Positions 12,675-25,285 of a DNA stretch of 64,000 nt are shown one piece after another. Source of the stretch: Octopus sinensis (Eukaryota); contig NC_043011.1 in NCBI RefSeq assembly GCF_006345805.1, positions 18,488,464 to 18,552,463 on the forward strand. Reading direction: 5' to 3'. A model generated the notes under the pieces. The model saw only the letters and a list, made by a program, of their open reading frames with translations. It was not told the origin of the DNA and searched no databases. Position numbers and translations under genes: made by a program. Each line of letters begins with the position of its first letter. Within the stretch, counting starts at the first letter, position 1.

Positions 12675-13934
12675 TCCTGGGGACCGTCTTCTGTACACTG
12701 GATAAGACACATAATGTATGTTTATTGAAACGATTAGGGTACCACTTCCTGTATGTTCCATGTTTCCTTCAAGGCGAATTGTTAGAGTATTTGGGACCAT
12801 GGAAAATGTGCTTCGCCAACAATTGATGACTCTCTGGATCATTATTATGACCTGATATTTCGGCTTGAAGGAATTTATCTTGTTCCTGCTGCCTGGGTAT
12901 GGATGCTTGAGACAACCAAATGTGTTTTCTTCCTCCTCGAAGCATGAATTAAGAATAAGGTATCTAAATAAATATTCTTTTGTAAATCAGTTTAACTTCC
13001 GAAATGAAAATGTTCGTTGTAGGCAGAGAGAAACAGAAAGTTAATAACTTCAAAACATTAGAACGCTTGCTGAAAGAAATGTATCGTATTCACGTCAGAA
13101 TAAATGAAAGAAATATGAACTATTTTTAGCTCAACTGACGAAATGAAAGTAATGAGTTACATCCAAATAAGAACGCTTGTAGAAAGTGTTTTTGAAAGAA
13201 GATAAAAACAATTTTGAAGAAATAAAAATCTTGATCTTTTTATTCGTTTTAGCTTAACTGACGAAATGACAGTACTGACTTGAAACAAACCAGAACACTT
13301 GTAGAAAGTAAGTGTTTCTGAAAGAAAACGAAGAAAATATTAGTTAAGTAAGAACGCTTGAAGAAATAAAGAGTTTTTGAAAGAAAACCAAAAATATATG
13401 AGGTGCATAAAAACGCATGTAGAAAGAAAGTGCTTTTGAAAAAAAAAAGAAAAAAGAAGTTTTGAAGAAATACAAATCTGTACTTTTTCTTTGTAGCTTA
13501 ACTGGCGAAATGAAAGTAATGCGTTAAAACAAATAAGAAGGCTTTAAAAAGAAAGTTTTTTTTAAAGAAAATCTCATAAAAGCGACAAATAATGTTGTAG
13601 GAAATGAAATTCTTATATTGAAATAATGAAATGCTGTACGTCGCGAAGACATATGTAATAGCATTGTCACCGCCACCTGTAATTGTTTTAAAAAGAGGGA
13701 AATAAAAGTGTAAGAACTACCTGTTCAGCTTTCTGGTCGGAATTTTGTGGGAACTTTCGCCCAGAAACAACGCGTAACTTGGCAACCCGGGAACCGATTT
13801 ACTTGATTAATCTGTTTGTAATCACATTTCAGAGGCACTTTACTTTCAAAGTATTTTCCCATTACTCGCCGGTTTTGGCTGTGTAACATTTCAAGCAAGC
13901 AAGCAAGATTTAAGCATTTTTAATAGTATATAGA
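12675..13934 (-). mobile_element. Helitron remnant: 5' terminus, internal minisatellite and RepHel fragment
   Basis: The minus strand begins A|TCTATATACTATTAAAAATGC followed by (CTTG)n, a typical Helitron 5' end. 12675-12925 translates to HIWL...DKFLQAEISGHNNDPESHQLLAKHIFHGP...NSP...YPNRF...YPVYRRRSP, similar to the RepHel Rep domain (SAEIPD...H.MIHGPCG...YP.YRRR). Confidence 0.75.
13055..13570. repeat. Degenerate A-rich minisatellite inside the Helitron
   Basis: TAGCTYAACTGRCGAAATGA recurs at about 13127, 13250 and 13494, and AGAACGCTTG(T/A)AGAAA recurs several times. Confidence 0.75.
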
Positions 13935-15314
13935 TTGTTAGATGTCTTCGGTTTTGTAATCATAGTGCTTGATATAAGGTGTCTTATGTACGAGACAAAA
14001 AACGAGAGTTCTGAAATTACAGATTAAGTCTAAATTCTTTAGATTCAAAGTCTAATGCAAAAACAAAATGCTTTTGGCCCTTCTCCACTAACATTACTCA
14101 GAAACAAATCATGAAATGATTTGTTCTGGAGTACCCAGGTTATCATCTATAGATGGCGCCCCAATATGAAAAGTGTTCCCGGATTACTCCGTACTGAAAC
14201 TCCGTAAACGCGGAATCCCGCCAGTAGATAAGATATATATAAATATCAGGTGTGTATAAAACCAATCCCCTAAGTAACACCACATAAAATAACCAATCAG
14301 AAAATATTTTCATATATGCAAGGGTGACTATATATATATATTGATCGCCAGGTATACATATACATACACAAACACACTTATATATCCGTTTCACTGTCGA
14401 GCCTTCAGTTTTCTACCAACTAACATCCTAGACACATTGAAGTAACGTGAACATAGCTGAGTATTTGGCGGATAAGGGCCTTTTAAACGTAATTGGCAGC
14501 AGAAACCTGTATGATATCGTGTGACAAAGTTGTATCTTCGACGTAGGAGTAGAATGAAATGGAAACCGAATATCCCTGAATATGTATAGGCCAACGGACA
14601 CATATTACCAGGTTCTTTGCAGTAATTAGCTGTGTTATATTATTTATTTCTATTAGCTCTGTTGTTTTCCGTTTATATAAACATTTTCGTTTTAAATGTA
14701 TGTTGATTATTACATGCCTATTAGTAGCACTCGTAGACACAAAATATTTACACTATTCATCTGCCTATGACCCCAATGGGATTTTAAATATACCCAGTAT
14801 TTTAATGCTGTAGCTCTAAAATGTTTTAAGAAATATTTTCATACAATTGTCTAGTAAATCGAATTAGGTAATTTATTATTGGGTAGTGTATGACAAAATT
14901 TTCCCCAAAATAGTAATGGCGTTGTTCTATGTCTAAGACGAGCAACCATATTTAGTGGTCTATCTTCCGTCTTGATCGCAAAAAATTTAATGTATGCATT
15001 CTCTCTGAATTCATTGATTTCACGGTGAAGTTAAAGTTGTCGCTGATTCTATATTTGATAAATATGAAATTCTGTGAGACGGAATTATATTTTTTTCGAA
15101 ACTTCTTTTCTTCCGGTTGTTGGGTTATTAACAATGCAGGCATTCTAAATGGCTTAATAATGCAATGGAGTGACTAAATAGAAACTCTGTAAGTCCGTCG
15201 TGAGTGTGTTTGATAGAATAAATCAAATTAACTTAAACTAATTAGATTTACATCATTAACAATAGGAACTAAGTGATCCTGTAAATGAATATTTCTAAAC
15301 AAAATAGAGTGGGG

Positions 15315-15376
<62 letters not shown>

Positions 15377-16363
15377 CAATGGGCACAGACCTGATCTTAC
15401 ACAATGACGTGGAGACACGTCATAGATTTCTGTTTCATTAAACATCATGAACTACATATCGTATATGATTCCCTGCAGCCCTCCGAACTAATTAGATAAA
15501 TATGTGTTGTGAATCCAGCAGTTAAAACACAAAGTAGCATTTATAGCAGTCCTCTCTACAAAATATTTTGTACTTACATTTGGTTTTAAATATTACTGTG
15601 AGTTATTGTTTCCCCATTTCCCGCCACTACATTCACCACACTCTGTAATATTTTTCTTTCATTTTTATGCACATTTTAGAGGGTACGTTTATTAATCTAT
15701 TTGTGGAGGTAGGAGAATGTGTCATACATGTCACGCTGAAAAACATCGGCTTTTTTTTGGAACTTTGGAATGGATGAAGCATTATTCGAACAACTGCTCA
15801 TAACAGAGAAACATGAAACAACAGCAGGAGTAAAATCAACAGTACAATAAACGATGTTAATGTCACGTGTAAGTTTTTCTCAGTTAGGTTTGTGACACAC
15901 GCCATATTTAATTCGGTAACAGTGCTTTGTGATTTTGCAACATATAGCATCGTACCTGGTTTGAGGCTGTTGGTCTGCATTCGGTTCAGCAATATTGTTC
16001 ACATTAATTGGAAAATGTTTTTCTCATTGTGAGAAGTGCAGTTTGTGGGCGTATCCTTCAACCAAAACTTGTTCACTTTTTAATAGTGTATGTTTTTACA
16101 ACTACATTTACCATTTATTAGAAAGCTGTATTTCAATTGGAGCAGTCAAGGTTCTAATCGGAGTACCATAGGGCTTGGAGTACCTGAAGGCCCAGAAGAT
16201 TATTTTTGCTGCTTTTTTTGTTGAACTGCTGTTTTTTCTTCTATTCTGTAATTGCGAATCTGTATTGAACTATTTGCTATTTCTCTTCTTCCCTTTTGTT
16301 TCCTTTTTCTTTTTTAAATTTGTGAACTATTCTTTTGGACTTTTTTACTTTTTAATTTAAAAC

Positions 16364-17226
16364 ATGGGAAAAATACGGATACGATTGTAGAGTTGGGAGA
16401 TTATCCCACCTAAGGAGTGGCTCAGACAGCAAGAGGAGAGAACAGTGGTGTTGAGAACGTATTCAAAGGTTCTCGACATCATTACCGTCTTCTCCAAGAA
16501 GATGATTGAGCAGGAGTTGGCAGAATATCAGCCAACCATTAAGTATATCTCTAGGGGTGTCAAATATGCAACGGTGTGATTGCTGTTTGAAGCCCCAGAG
16601 GAGGCTCGCATTTTTGCGAGCTAGCCACTTGAGGGTAAAGAAATTTTGTTTCTTCCCATTTATTGTGGGAGAAATTGACGAGTGTTCGAGCTTGTGGCTT
16701 GCCACCCGAATTTGAACCCGAGTGGGTAGATGATACTATCCGTCGGGGTCTCGGTGGCAGCAAAGCCAGGTTCCTCAATGTGAAATTTCTTGCTGCGGCT
16801 GATTGTGTTGGGTCAAAAGCTGTTCGACCCTTTGGAGCCAATCAGCCATGAATCTGGTTATGCCAGATTTTTTGAAAATGGTGGGGTGCAGGTACCCGGT
16901 GATTCTTGAGGGTCGCACCCCCCAGATGTCATTGGTGCCTGGAGCCTGGCCATATAAAGACAAACTGTCCTCAGAAACAATGCGAAGTCCTGGAGCAGTT
17001 GATTGAGACCTCTGTAGAAGAAGGAACGAAGGTGGTCGAGGAGACGGAGGACTCCCCAAAGAAGGGTCGCAAGAGGAAGGTGAGCAACAATGGGTGTTCA
17101 CCGAAGAATTCTAGGGTTGAGGGAGGGGAAGCGAATCTCCCGATCGTGGAGAAGACGCACGCTCCCTCAGTTGAGAGAAAAAAAGAGGAAGAGGAAAAGG
17201 AACGGGATTTCGCCGGCAGTGGGTGA
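16364..17226 (+). pseudogene. Disrupted gag-like ORF1 of a non-LTR retrotransposon (L1/Tx1-like), copy 1
   Basis: Frameshifted reading frame from ATG 16364 containing ...PVILEGR-PPRCHWCLEPGHIKTNCPQK, a CX2CX4HX4C zinc knuckle, then a charged low-complexity tail. A T-rich 5' UTR lies upstream. Confidence 0.75.
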
Positions 17227-17313
17227 CATAGTACCGGAATGTCCCAGAACCTTGCCAGTAGGAGTTGTGTCACCGGGAGGGGAAAATACACCCTTGGGGG
17301 AATTGGTAGAATT

Positions 17314-17397
<84 letters not shown>

Positions 17398-18411
17398 ATA
17401 TATATATATATATATATATAATACAATGGGCACAGACCTGATCTTACACAATGACGTGGAGACACGTCATAGATTTCTGTTTCATTAAACATCATGAACT
17501 ACATATCGTATATGATTCCCTGCAGCCCTCCGAACTAATTAGATAAATATGTGTTGTGAATCCAGCAGTTAAAACACAAAGTAGCATTTATAGCAGTCCT
17601 CTCTACAAAATATTTTGTACTTACATTTGGTTTTAAATATTACTGTGAGTTATTGTTTCCCCATTTCCCGCCACTACATTCACCACACTCTGTAATATTT
17701 TTCTTTCATTTTTATGCACATTTTAGAGGGTACGTTTATTAATCTATTTGTGGAGGTAGGAGAATGTGTCATACATGTCACGCTGAAAAACATCGGCTTT
17801 TTTTTGGAACTTTGGAATGGATGAAGCATTATTCGAACAACTGCTCATAACAGAGAAACATGAAACAACAGCAGGAGTAAAATCAACAGTACAATAAACG
17901 ATGTTAATGTCACGTGTAAGTTTTTCTCAGTTAGGTTTGTGACACACGCCATATTTAATTCGGTAACAATGCTTTGTGATTTTGCAACATATAGCATCGT
18001 ACCTGGTTTGAGGCTGTTGGTCTGCATTCGGTTCAGCAATATTGTTCACATTAATTGGAAAATGTTTTTTCTCATTGTGAGAAGTGCAGTTTGTGGGCGT
18101 ATCCTTCAACCAAAACTTGTTCACTTTTTAATAGTGTATGTTTTTACAACTACATTTACCATTTATTAGAAAGCTGTATTTCAATTGGAGCAGTCAAGGT
18201 TCTAATCGGAGTACCATAGGGCTTGGAGTACTTGAAGGCCCAGAAGATTATTTTTGCTGCTTTTTTTGTTGAACTGCTGTTTTTTCTTCTATTCTGTAAT
18301 TGCGAATCTGTATTGAACTATTTGCTATTTCTCTTCTTCCCTTTTGTTTCCTTTTTCTTTTTTAAATTTGTGAACTATTCTTTTGGACTTTTTTACTTTT
18401 TAATTTAAAAC

Positions 18412-19273
18412 ATGGGAAAAATACGGATACGATTGTAGAGTTGGGAGATTATCCCACCTAAGGAGTGGCTCAGACAGCAAGAGGAGAGAACAGTGGTGTT
18501 GAGAACGTATTCAAAGGTTCTCGACATCATTACCGTCTTCTCCAAGAAGATGATTGAGCAGGAGTTGGCAGAATATCAGCCAACCATTAAGTATATCTCT
18601 AGGGGTGTCAAATATGCAACGGTGTGATTGCTGTTTGAAGCCCCAGAGGAGGCTCGCATTTTTGCGAGCTAGCCACTTGAGGGTAAAGAAATTTTGTTTC
18701 TTCCCATTTATTGTGGGAGAAATTGACGAGTGTTCGAGCTTGTGGCTTGCCACCCGAATTTGAACCCGAGTGGGTAGATGATACTATCCGTCGGGGTCTC
18801 GGTGGCAGCAAAGCCAGGTTCCTCAATGTGAAATTTCTTGCTGCGGCTGATTGTGTTGGGTCAAAAGCTGTTCGACCCTTTGGAGCCAATCAGCCATGAA
18901 TCTGGTTATGCCAGATTTTTTGAAAATGGTGGGGTGCAGGTACCCGGTGATTCTTGAGGGTCGCACCCCCCAGATGTCATTGGTGCCTGGAGCCTGGCCA
19001 TATAAAGACAAACTGTCCTCAGAAACAATGCGAAGTCCTGGAGCAGTTGATTGAGACCTCTGTAGAAGAAGGAACGAAGGTGGTCGAGGAGACGGAGGAC
19101 TCCCCAAAAAGGGTCGCAAGAGGAAGGTGAGCAACAATGGGTGTTCACCGAAGAATTCTAGGGTTGAGGGAGGGGAAGCGAATCTCCCGATCGTGGAGAA
19201 GACGCACGCTCCCTCAGTTGAGAGAAAAAAAGAGGAAGAGGAAAAGGAACGGGATTTCGCCGGCAGTGGGTGA
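18412..19273 (+). pseudogene. Disrupted gag-like ORF1, copy 2
   Basis: Duplicate of 16364-17226 with one extra frameshift near 19110. Confidence 0.75.
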
Positions 19274-19360
19274 CATAGTACCGGAATGTCCCAGAACCTT
19301 GCCAGTAGGAGTTGTGTCACCGGGAGGGGAAAATACACCCTTGGGGGAATTGGTAGAATT

Positions 19361-19432
<72 letters not shown>

Positions 19433-19682
19433 TTAAAATGAGGGTGAACATTTGAATATTACTTTGATTAACATCTATTTAAAACCAGTGGTCTAGCATA
19501 TTAAGATCTGAAGGCTCAGAAAATTGTATTACTTCCATAAGAGAGGGATGGCCACTATGCGGACAACCTTTATACTAGAAGATATCCTATGGTCTTACCA
19601 CTAAGAAAATTTCTCAAGAAAATTTAGCAAACCCCAGAACATAGGCGAACAAGACAACTGAAATATAACAAAAATATAGATT

Positions 19683-19758
19683 AACCATAAACATGTTTCA
19701 CTATTATCAGTTACGTAATTTTACTTACGTAATTTGTCCGTAGATCTTCAGTATGGTC
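19683..19758 (-). ncRNA. Minimal type I hammerhead ribozyme motif (unit 1)
   Basis: Minus strand: GACCATA CTGAAGA tCTA..(long loop)..TAGt GAAA CATG TT TATGGTT. Stem I is GACCATA/TATGGTT and loop 3 is the palindrome CATG. Confidence 0.7.
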
Positions 19759-20189
19759 ATCGTTACAAATACTATTTATGGAACTATACACGAGACGTCC
19801 GCATGAGATCTGACATGTATATAGTTCTACCTATAACACTTCTGGTTATTTTTCAAAGGTCATCGTTTTGGCGCGCTAAAATACTGCAAATAATTCACTG
19901 CTGCGGCTTTTGCCGGTTAGAAAACGTATGTATTTAAATCTGAAATGAGAGTGGAAAATTGGATATTACTTTGATTAACATCTATTTAAAACCAGTGGTC
20001 TAGCATATTAAGATCTGAAGGCTCAGAAAATTGTATTACTTCCATAAGAGAGGGATGGCCACTATGCGGACAACCTTTATACTAGAAGATATCCTATGGT
20101 CTTACCACTAAGAAAATTTCTCAAGAAAATTTAGCAAACCCCAGAACATAGGCGAACAAGACAACTGAAATATAACAAAAATATAGATT

Positions 20190-20265
20190 AACCATAAACA
20201 TGTTTCACTATTATCAGTTACGTAATTTTACTTACGTAATTTGTCCGTAGATCTTCAGTATGGTC
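20190..20265 (-). ncRNA. Minimal type I hammerhead ribozyme motif (unit 2)
   Basis: Identical to 19683-19758. Confidence 0.7.
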
Positions 20266-20779
20266 ATCGTTACAAATACTATTTATGGAACTATACACGA
20301 GACGTCCGCATGAGATCTGACATGTATATAGTTCTACCTATAACACTTCTGGTTATTTTTCAAAGGTCATCGTTTTGGCGCGCTAAAATACTGCAAATAA
20401 TTCACTGCTGCGGCTTTTGCCGGTTAGAAAACGTATGTATTTAAATCTGAAATGAGAGTGGAAAATTGGATATTAATTTCATTAAAATCAATTTAAAACC
20501 AGTGGTCTAGCATATTAAAATCTGAAGGTTCAGAAAATTGTATTACATATATATGAGAGGGATGACCACTATGTGGACAACCCTCACTAATCGTGGGCCA
20601 AAGGAGTTTTACCTCCAAACTCAGACCATGCAGGGAAACCTGCATTTTTCGAGTTTCTCAACTATGCCATTTTGTTGGCTTCATTCTACGTAAAATTATA
20701 GTCTGCAAGTACCATGGTTTCACACCATGCTCCCACTAAGTGAGGGTTGATTTCAGGAGCCGTTACAGAGCGAACAGGA

Positions 20780-21650
20780 ACTATTTCCCAAAATCAAATT
20801 CTAAATCATCAACATCATTATCAACTAGTAGACACCAACTTAAATGACAAAATATTCCATATACCATATCTGTGTAGATAATAAATGAATCCCCCACATA
20901 CAATGCAAACATAGGTATATGCAAGGTATGTTTAAGAGAATCGTTAACCGTCTACGTCTCCATGACCCCTCATTATTTAATACATTTTCAGGTGTAACTT
21001 CGTCTTGTAAACAATGATACTACTCATCATTTGTGAATTTTATTATTTTTATATAATCCCATAATTATAAGTATTCATGCTCAAAAGAATTCCCTGAATT
21101 AAGTTTCCACTTTCCTCATAGCGCCACTAACCTCTAAGGTAGCTTTTTTTTCTCCTACTTCCCGAAAATACTTAATACTGCCTTTCTACTTTGGATACTA
21201 ACCTGTCAAAGTCTACCCTCCTTATTCACCTCAGTAATCTCCCTCGGTCTCTTAACCAGCCAACTTATTTCCCTCGCTTCATGGCCATTCTTTTTCTCAC
21301 GATCGCAATCATTAATTCTATACCCTTCATACAAACTAACACAATAGACTACCATTAACATGCTACTTACATCATCCTACCAACTGCTCCTACATTTCAT
21401 TGCTACGACTACAACTCCCAAGTAGCCTCCTTATTGACCTTTCACTCTAAAAACTTATTTTCTTTCTCGTTACTCCCTATCTGAATATTTCTCTAAGTTC
21501 CCACTCTAATACACTTACCATTCCCCCCAACCATCCATCTTTTAACTTCTTTTTTTACACGTAAAATTTAAGAACTCTCCCCTGAAGATGGATTCAATCT
21601 ACAAATAGTAATTTGGACCACCAAGCCCCCACGAACATTAGTTGGATTTG
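20780..21650 (+). mobile_element. Degenerate Penelope-like element 3' remnant
   Basis: ESPTYNANIGICKVCLRESL...HDPSLFNTFSGVTSSCK resembles the PLE C-terminal C..C..E...LN..SE....CRH motif. A C-rich region and a decayed CTGAAGATGG core (about 21583) follow. Confidence 0.55.
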
Positions 21651-21746
21651 TAATACTTTTCGTCAACTTCTTTAATTCTCTATATCACTATATCATTTGT
21701 ATTCTGTTGAAGTCAAATCTTTTTGTACGTAAACATATATTCTTTA

Positions 21747-22039
21747 GCCTAGTGGTTAGGGCAGCGAACTCGCAGTCGTAGGATCGCGGTTTCGATTCCC
21801 AGACCGGGCGTTGTGTGTGTTTATTGAGCGAAAATACCTTAAAGCTCCACGAGGCTCCGACAGGGGTTGGTGATCCCTGCTGTACTCTTTCACCACTCTT
21901 TCTCTCACTCTTTCTTCTGTTGGCCTGCTCGCTTAGCCAGCGGGGTGGCGTCATTCGAACGCTAAAACAATGCGAACGCATTGTGACCAGCGATGTGTAG
22001 CAACATCTGATGGTCTGGTCGGTCACGTGATCACGTGAT
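21747..22039 (+). mobile_element. tRNA-derived SINE (head and core, tail type A)
   Basis: A-box-like CCTAGTGG and B-box GGTTTCGATTCC. The head is shared with the copies at 28334, 36146 and 37907. The tail ends GGTCACGTGATCACGTGAT(AT)n. Confidence 0.88.
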
Positions 22040-22110
22040 ATATATATATATATACATATATATATACATTGTATAACACATACATGCATATATATATATA
22101 TGTATGTATG

Positions 22111-22158
<48 letters not shown>

Positions 22159-24569
22159 CTCATTTTGTATCTCTCTATGTCAATATATATACATAATTCG
22201 ATTCCGTCGGCACGAGGCCAAGGTAGAAGCGCGTTGAGTTGTGATCGAAGAAAGATGACATTTTTCCTCTCAAACTATTTTGATAAATATTTGAGTACCT
22301 TGAATTACGTATTGTTGTGCATGAATAAAGGTAAATATATTTTAAATTATGCATAATTCTTTCACAAAACATGGAGTATACAGCTGAAAATTATATGTAT
22401 TAACTTTAAATATATATTTTTTTAACTGATATACATAGTTTGTGCATGAAATATGCAACTATTTCTGTATTAACCACGGTAACTTTAAACTATACTTCAT
22501 TAATCTCGCCCGCATTCTACGATCATTTCGTATGAACGAGAATTGTGGATGTTATATTTAAACATCGATCATTGAATACGTATGGTAGATGAGATTTTCA
22601 ACAAATTTACTCCTTCTTTCTATGTCTATATATATATATAACATATTGCAGGAAGAGAACGTATTTTGTTTAAATCCTCTAATTTTTTAACACTCCATAT
22701 GAAAGAGAAACTGCGGGAGGGCATATAATCATATCATAATGAATCGATGAACACACATAAAAATATGTATAACAGATAATGAGAGAATTGTCAGGAGAGA
22801 ATGGAACGAAAACACATGATTTAGAGTTACTGTTGTGTAATGTTTCGAACAGGTGCAAAAGAGAAATTTGAATTTAATTTGATGCTGTTAAAAATATCCA
22901 TAAAACATTAATTAGTTTGTGACTGACAGATGTGCACCATCGTTGCAAACTTCTCTCAACTAATCCTTTGTTGTTGAGGATTCCTTGCATGCCCGACACT
23001 CACATAAAGCGGTATGTTTCATGCTAAAATAAGAACACTTTTACATGTATTTTCCCAGTTATTTCATTATGAATTATTTTCGTCAATGAGCAGGAAACTG
23101 TATTTGAGTTTATTTGAATTCCGTTTCATAATGTTAAAATATGACTCTGCCCTAGTGAGATCACACATAACGATATTTATCGACCAAACGAATTATTATA
23201 AGAAGTGACATACTGTTTGAGTCAGGATATGATAAATGAATTGAAGATGTACATGTCAGTAGAATGCATCTTACCTAAGCAGTTCACTTATCTATATATT
23301 TATTCCTTTATCTAAATTTATCGTTCTGCCCCAAGTTAATACTAATTTCACAAATGCATGATCTGTTAATTGATTTCATTTCGCAAGTATCTTCTGTAAG
23401 ACCATTTCTGCAAAGACATTTTTCGAATTAACTTGACCTGCTTTTGATCCTAGATCCACCCGAGTGTCAAATAATCTGAACAGACACAAACTAAAGAAAC
23501 AGCTCGGATGGTTTATGCTTCCACATCGTATATGATTATGGTATCCAGGTTAAAATAATGAGCATAATTTCTATTTCATGAACATTATTTTATAATTCGA
23601 GTAATGCATTAAATTGCAATTATTTTTAAAGATTGTATTTCAAATATTGAAGAATTTGCTCCACAATCGTAATCGCGAAGTTAGGCAATGTTTAAATGTT
23701 ATCGAACGTATGCAATAACTCGGTTTTAAATTTATATCTTTCTGTTCCCTACTGAAATGCAACTTTTATGTATAAAATATGTAATAACGAATTAGTTGGG
23801 CGTTTGTGTACAGTTATCTGAGAGAAACGAGCAGTGAAATACCCATGACATTAGAAAATGCCATAAGAAAAAAGATATATAATATCTTCTAAGTGACATT
23901 AAGAAATATATTATTATCATATATAAAACATCTCTTTGATCATAGCTTTGTGAATCTCAGTTGACAATGGGATAACGAAAGACGGCAAGAAATGATTTAA
24001 AGAGTGTTATAAAATGCTAAACGTATCACAAATATTTTTCTAGTTTCAATTCTTTATTTGTGGATGCATATTTACACAATAATTTTTACGAAATATCTAA
24101 GGTTGAAAGAGAGAGCAACTGGAACATACAAATAAATTCCTCTTTATGGGATGAAAACCGAACTACCTGAAAGGTTATGTAAGAGTCGTGCGATTCACTT
24201 GAACATTAAGTGCATAAAGTAATGTATTGGCTTTAGCTAGGAATTAACTTAGCTTGCGAATTTGCTTTCCTGCTATGAAAATGTGTACATGGATAATGCT
24301 TACTTAAACCAACGGAAGGTCAATCATATTTATGAGAGATGATAGCACTTATTTCCCTATCATTCGTAATAGAAGTACGAACAATTAATTAAAATACGAT
24401 TTAGAGTAGGAGGCGCTAATTATTATATTGACATCTAAAAGTGTAAGACTGACTACTCCAGGGAATGAAAAGTAATAAATACATGAGAAATAAATTCAGT
24501 TATGATATAATCTCGGATCATGTTTATCCATTTTTGTCAATCTTAATTTCAGTAACGGTTTTACCCTTC

Positions 24570-24910
24570 TTTGTGACTGATCGATCTATTCGAGCCATTA
24601 GACCAGATATTGTGGTAAAAGGCCTTTTGCTCATAGATATGTCAGCCATAGATGACTGCACCTATTGCACCATTTCTATGAAACCATTTGGAAAGTTTAG
24701 TACATACAAGGACCTGGGAAGGGGTCTCAACACGGTGACATCTAAGAGTAACTGATGTACGAAACATCATAGGAACATTGGTTAACAATATCTAATGTCG
24801 CCTTTAAATATTGTGGCGGAATGCCAAGAAACTCAGAAGTATCAGAACTACAAAAACATTATTCTTATGAGTACATCTGACATTCTAGGAAAAAAGGTCA
24901 CCATGAAAAT
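24570..24910 (+). mobile_element. Highly degenerate Dong-like RLE remnant
   Basis: TDRSIRAIRPDIVVK..LLIDMS...ISMKPFGKFSTYKDL...IILMSTSDIL. Confidence 0.7.
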
Positions 24911-25123
24911 ACCTTATAGTCTTAAGACTATTCCAGAACTGAAATATTATAAATTTAACACTGTTATAGTTGTAAGATTCTAATCCAGTTCCCTTTATAA
25001 TATATCAATGGTAATCATAAACATTTTTTATAGTAAAATAACTTGTTACTTCAATTCTCTGAGATGTAAAGGATCGTATGAATCAGTGTAACTAGAAGGT
25101 AAATAGTAATACCACTACTAATC

Positions 25124-25285
25124 CTTTTACTATAGGAACGAGGACAGAAATCTGTGGGTATCAGCTGTCGATTACATTGACACCAGTGCTCAACTGGTAC
25201 TTATTTCATCGACACCTGAGAAGCTTTAAGGCAATATTTACCTCGGAAGAATTTGAACTCAGTACATAAAGACGAATGAATTCCA
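25124..25285 (-). mobile_element. Degenerate Deu/Nin-type SINE
   Basis: The reverse complement contains GAGTTCAAATTC..CCGAGG...GCC...GTCGATGAAATAAGTACCAGTTGAGCACTGG, similar to the 53.3-53.8 kb copies. Confidence 0.7.

Larger units (their letters stand above)
15373..19363. repeat. Near-identical 2047-bp tandem duplication (15373-17316 and 17420-19363) bounded by (TA)n
   Basis: ORF pairs recur about 2047-2048 bp apart. I saw only a handful of SNP and homopolymer differences. Confidence 0.97.
19435..20585 (-). repeat. 507-bp tandem repeat (2 full units plus a diverged partial third), family H1, with one hammerhead motif per full unit
   Basis: Identical ORFs at 19734 and 20241 give a period of 507. 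The third AAATGAG..ACCAGTGGTCTAGCATATT block at about 20450-20585 is diverged. Confidence 0.93.

Noticed and set aside
13055-13570. Repeat-spacer pattern as a CRISPR-like array (also 38910-38953 and 55596-55650)
   Set aside because: The spacers are themselves similar or absent, the context is eukaryotic and there are no cas genes; these are ordinary minisatellites.
21747-21810. SINE heads as tRNA genes (also 28334, 36460, 38130, 62893)
   Set aside because: They have no complete cloverleaf and continue into SINE bodies with tails or TSDs.
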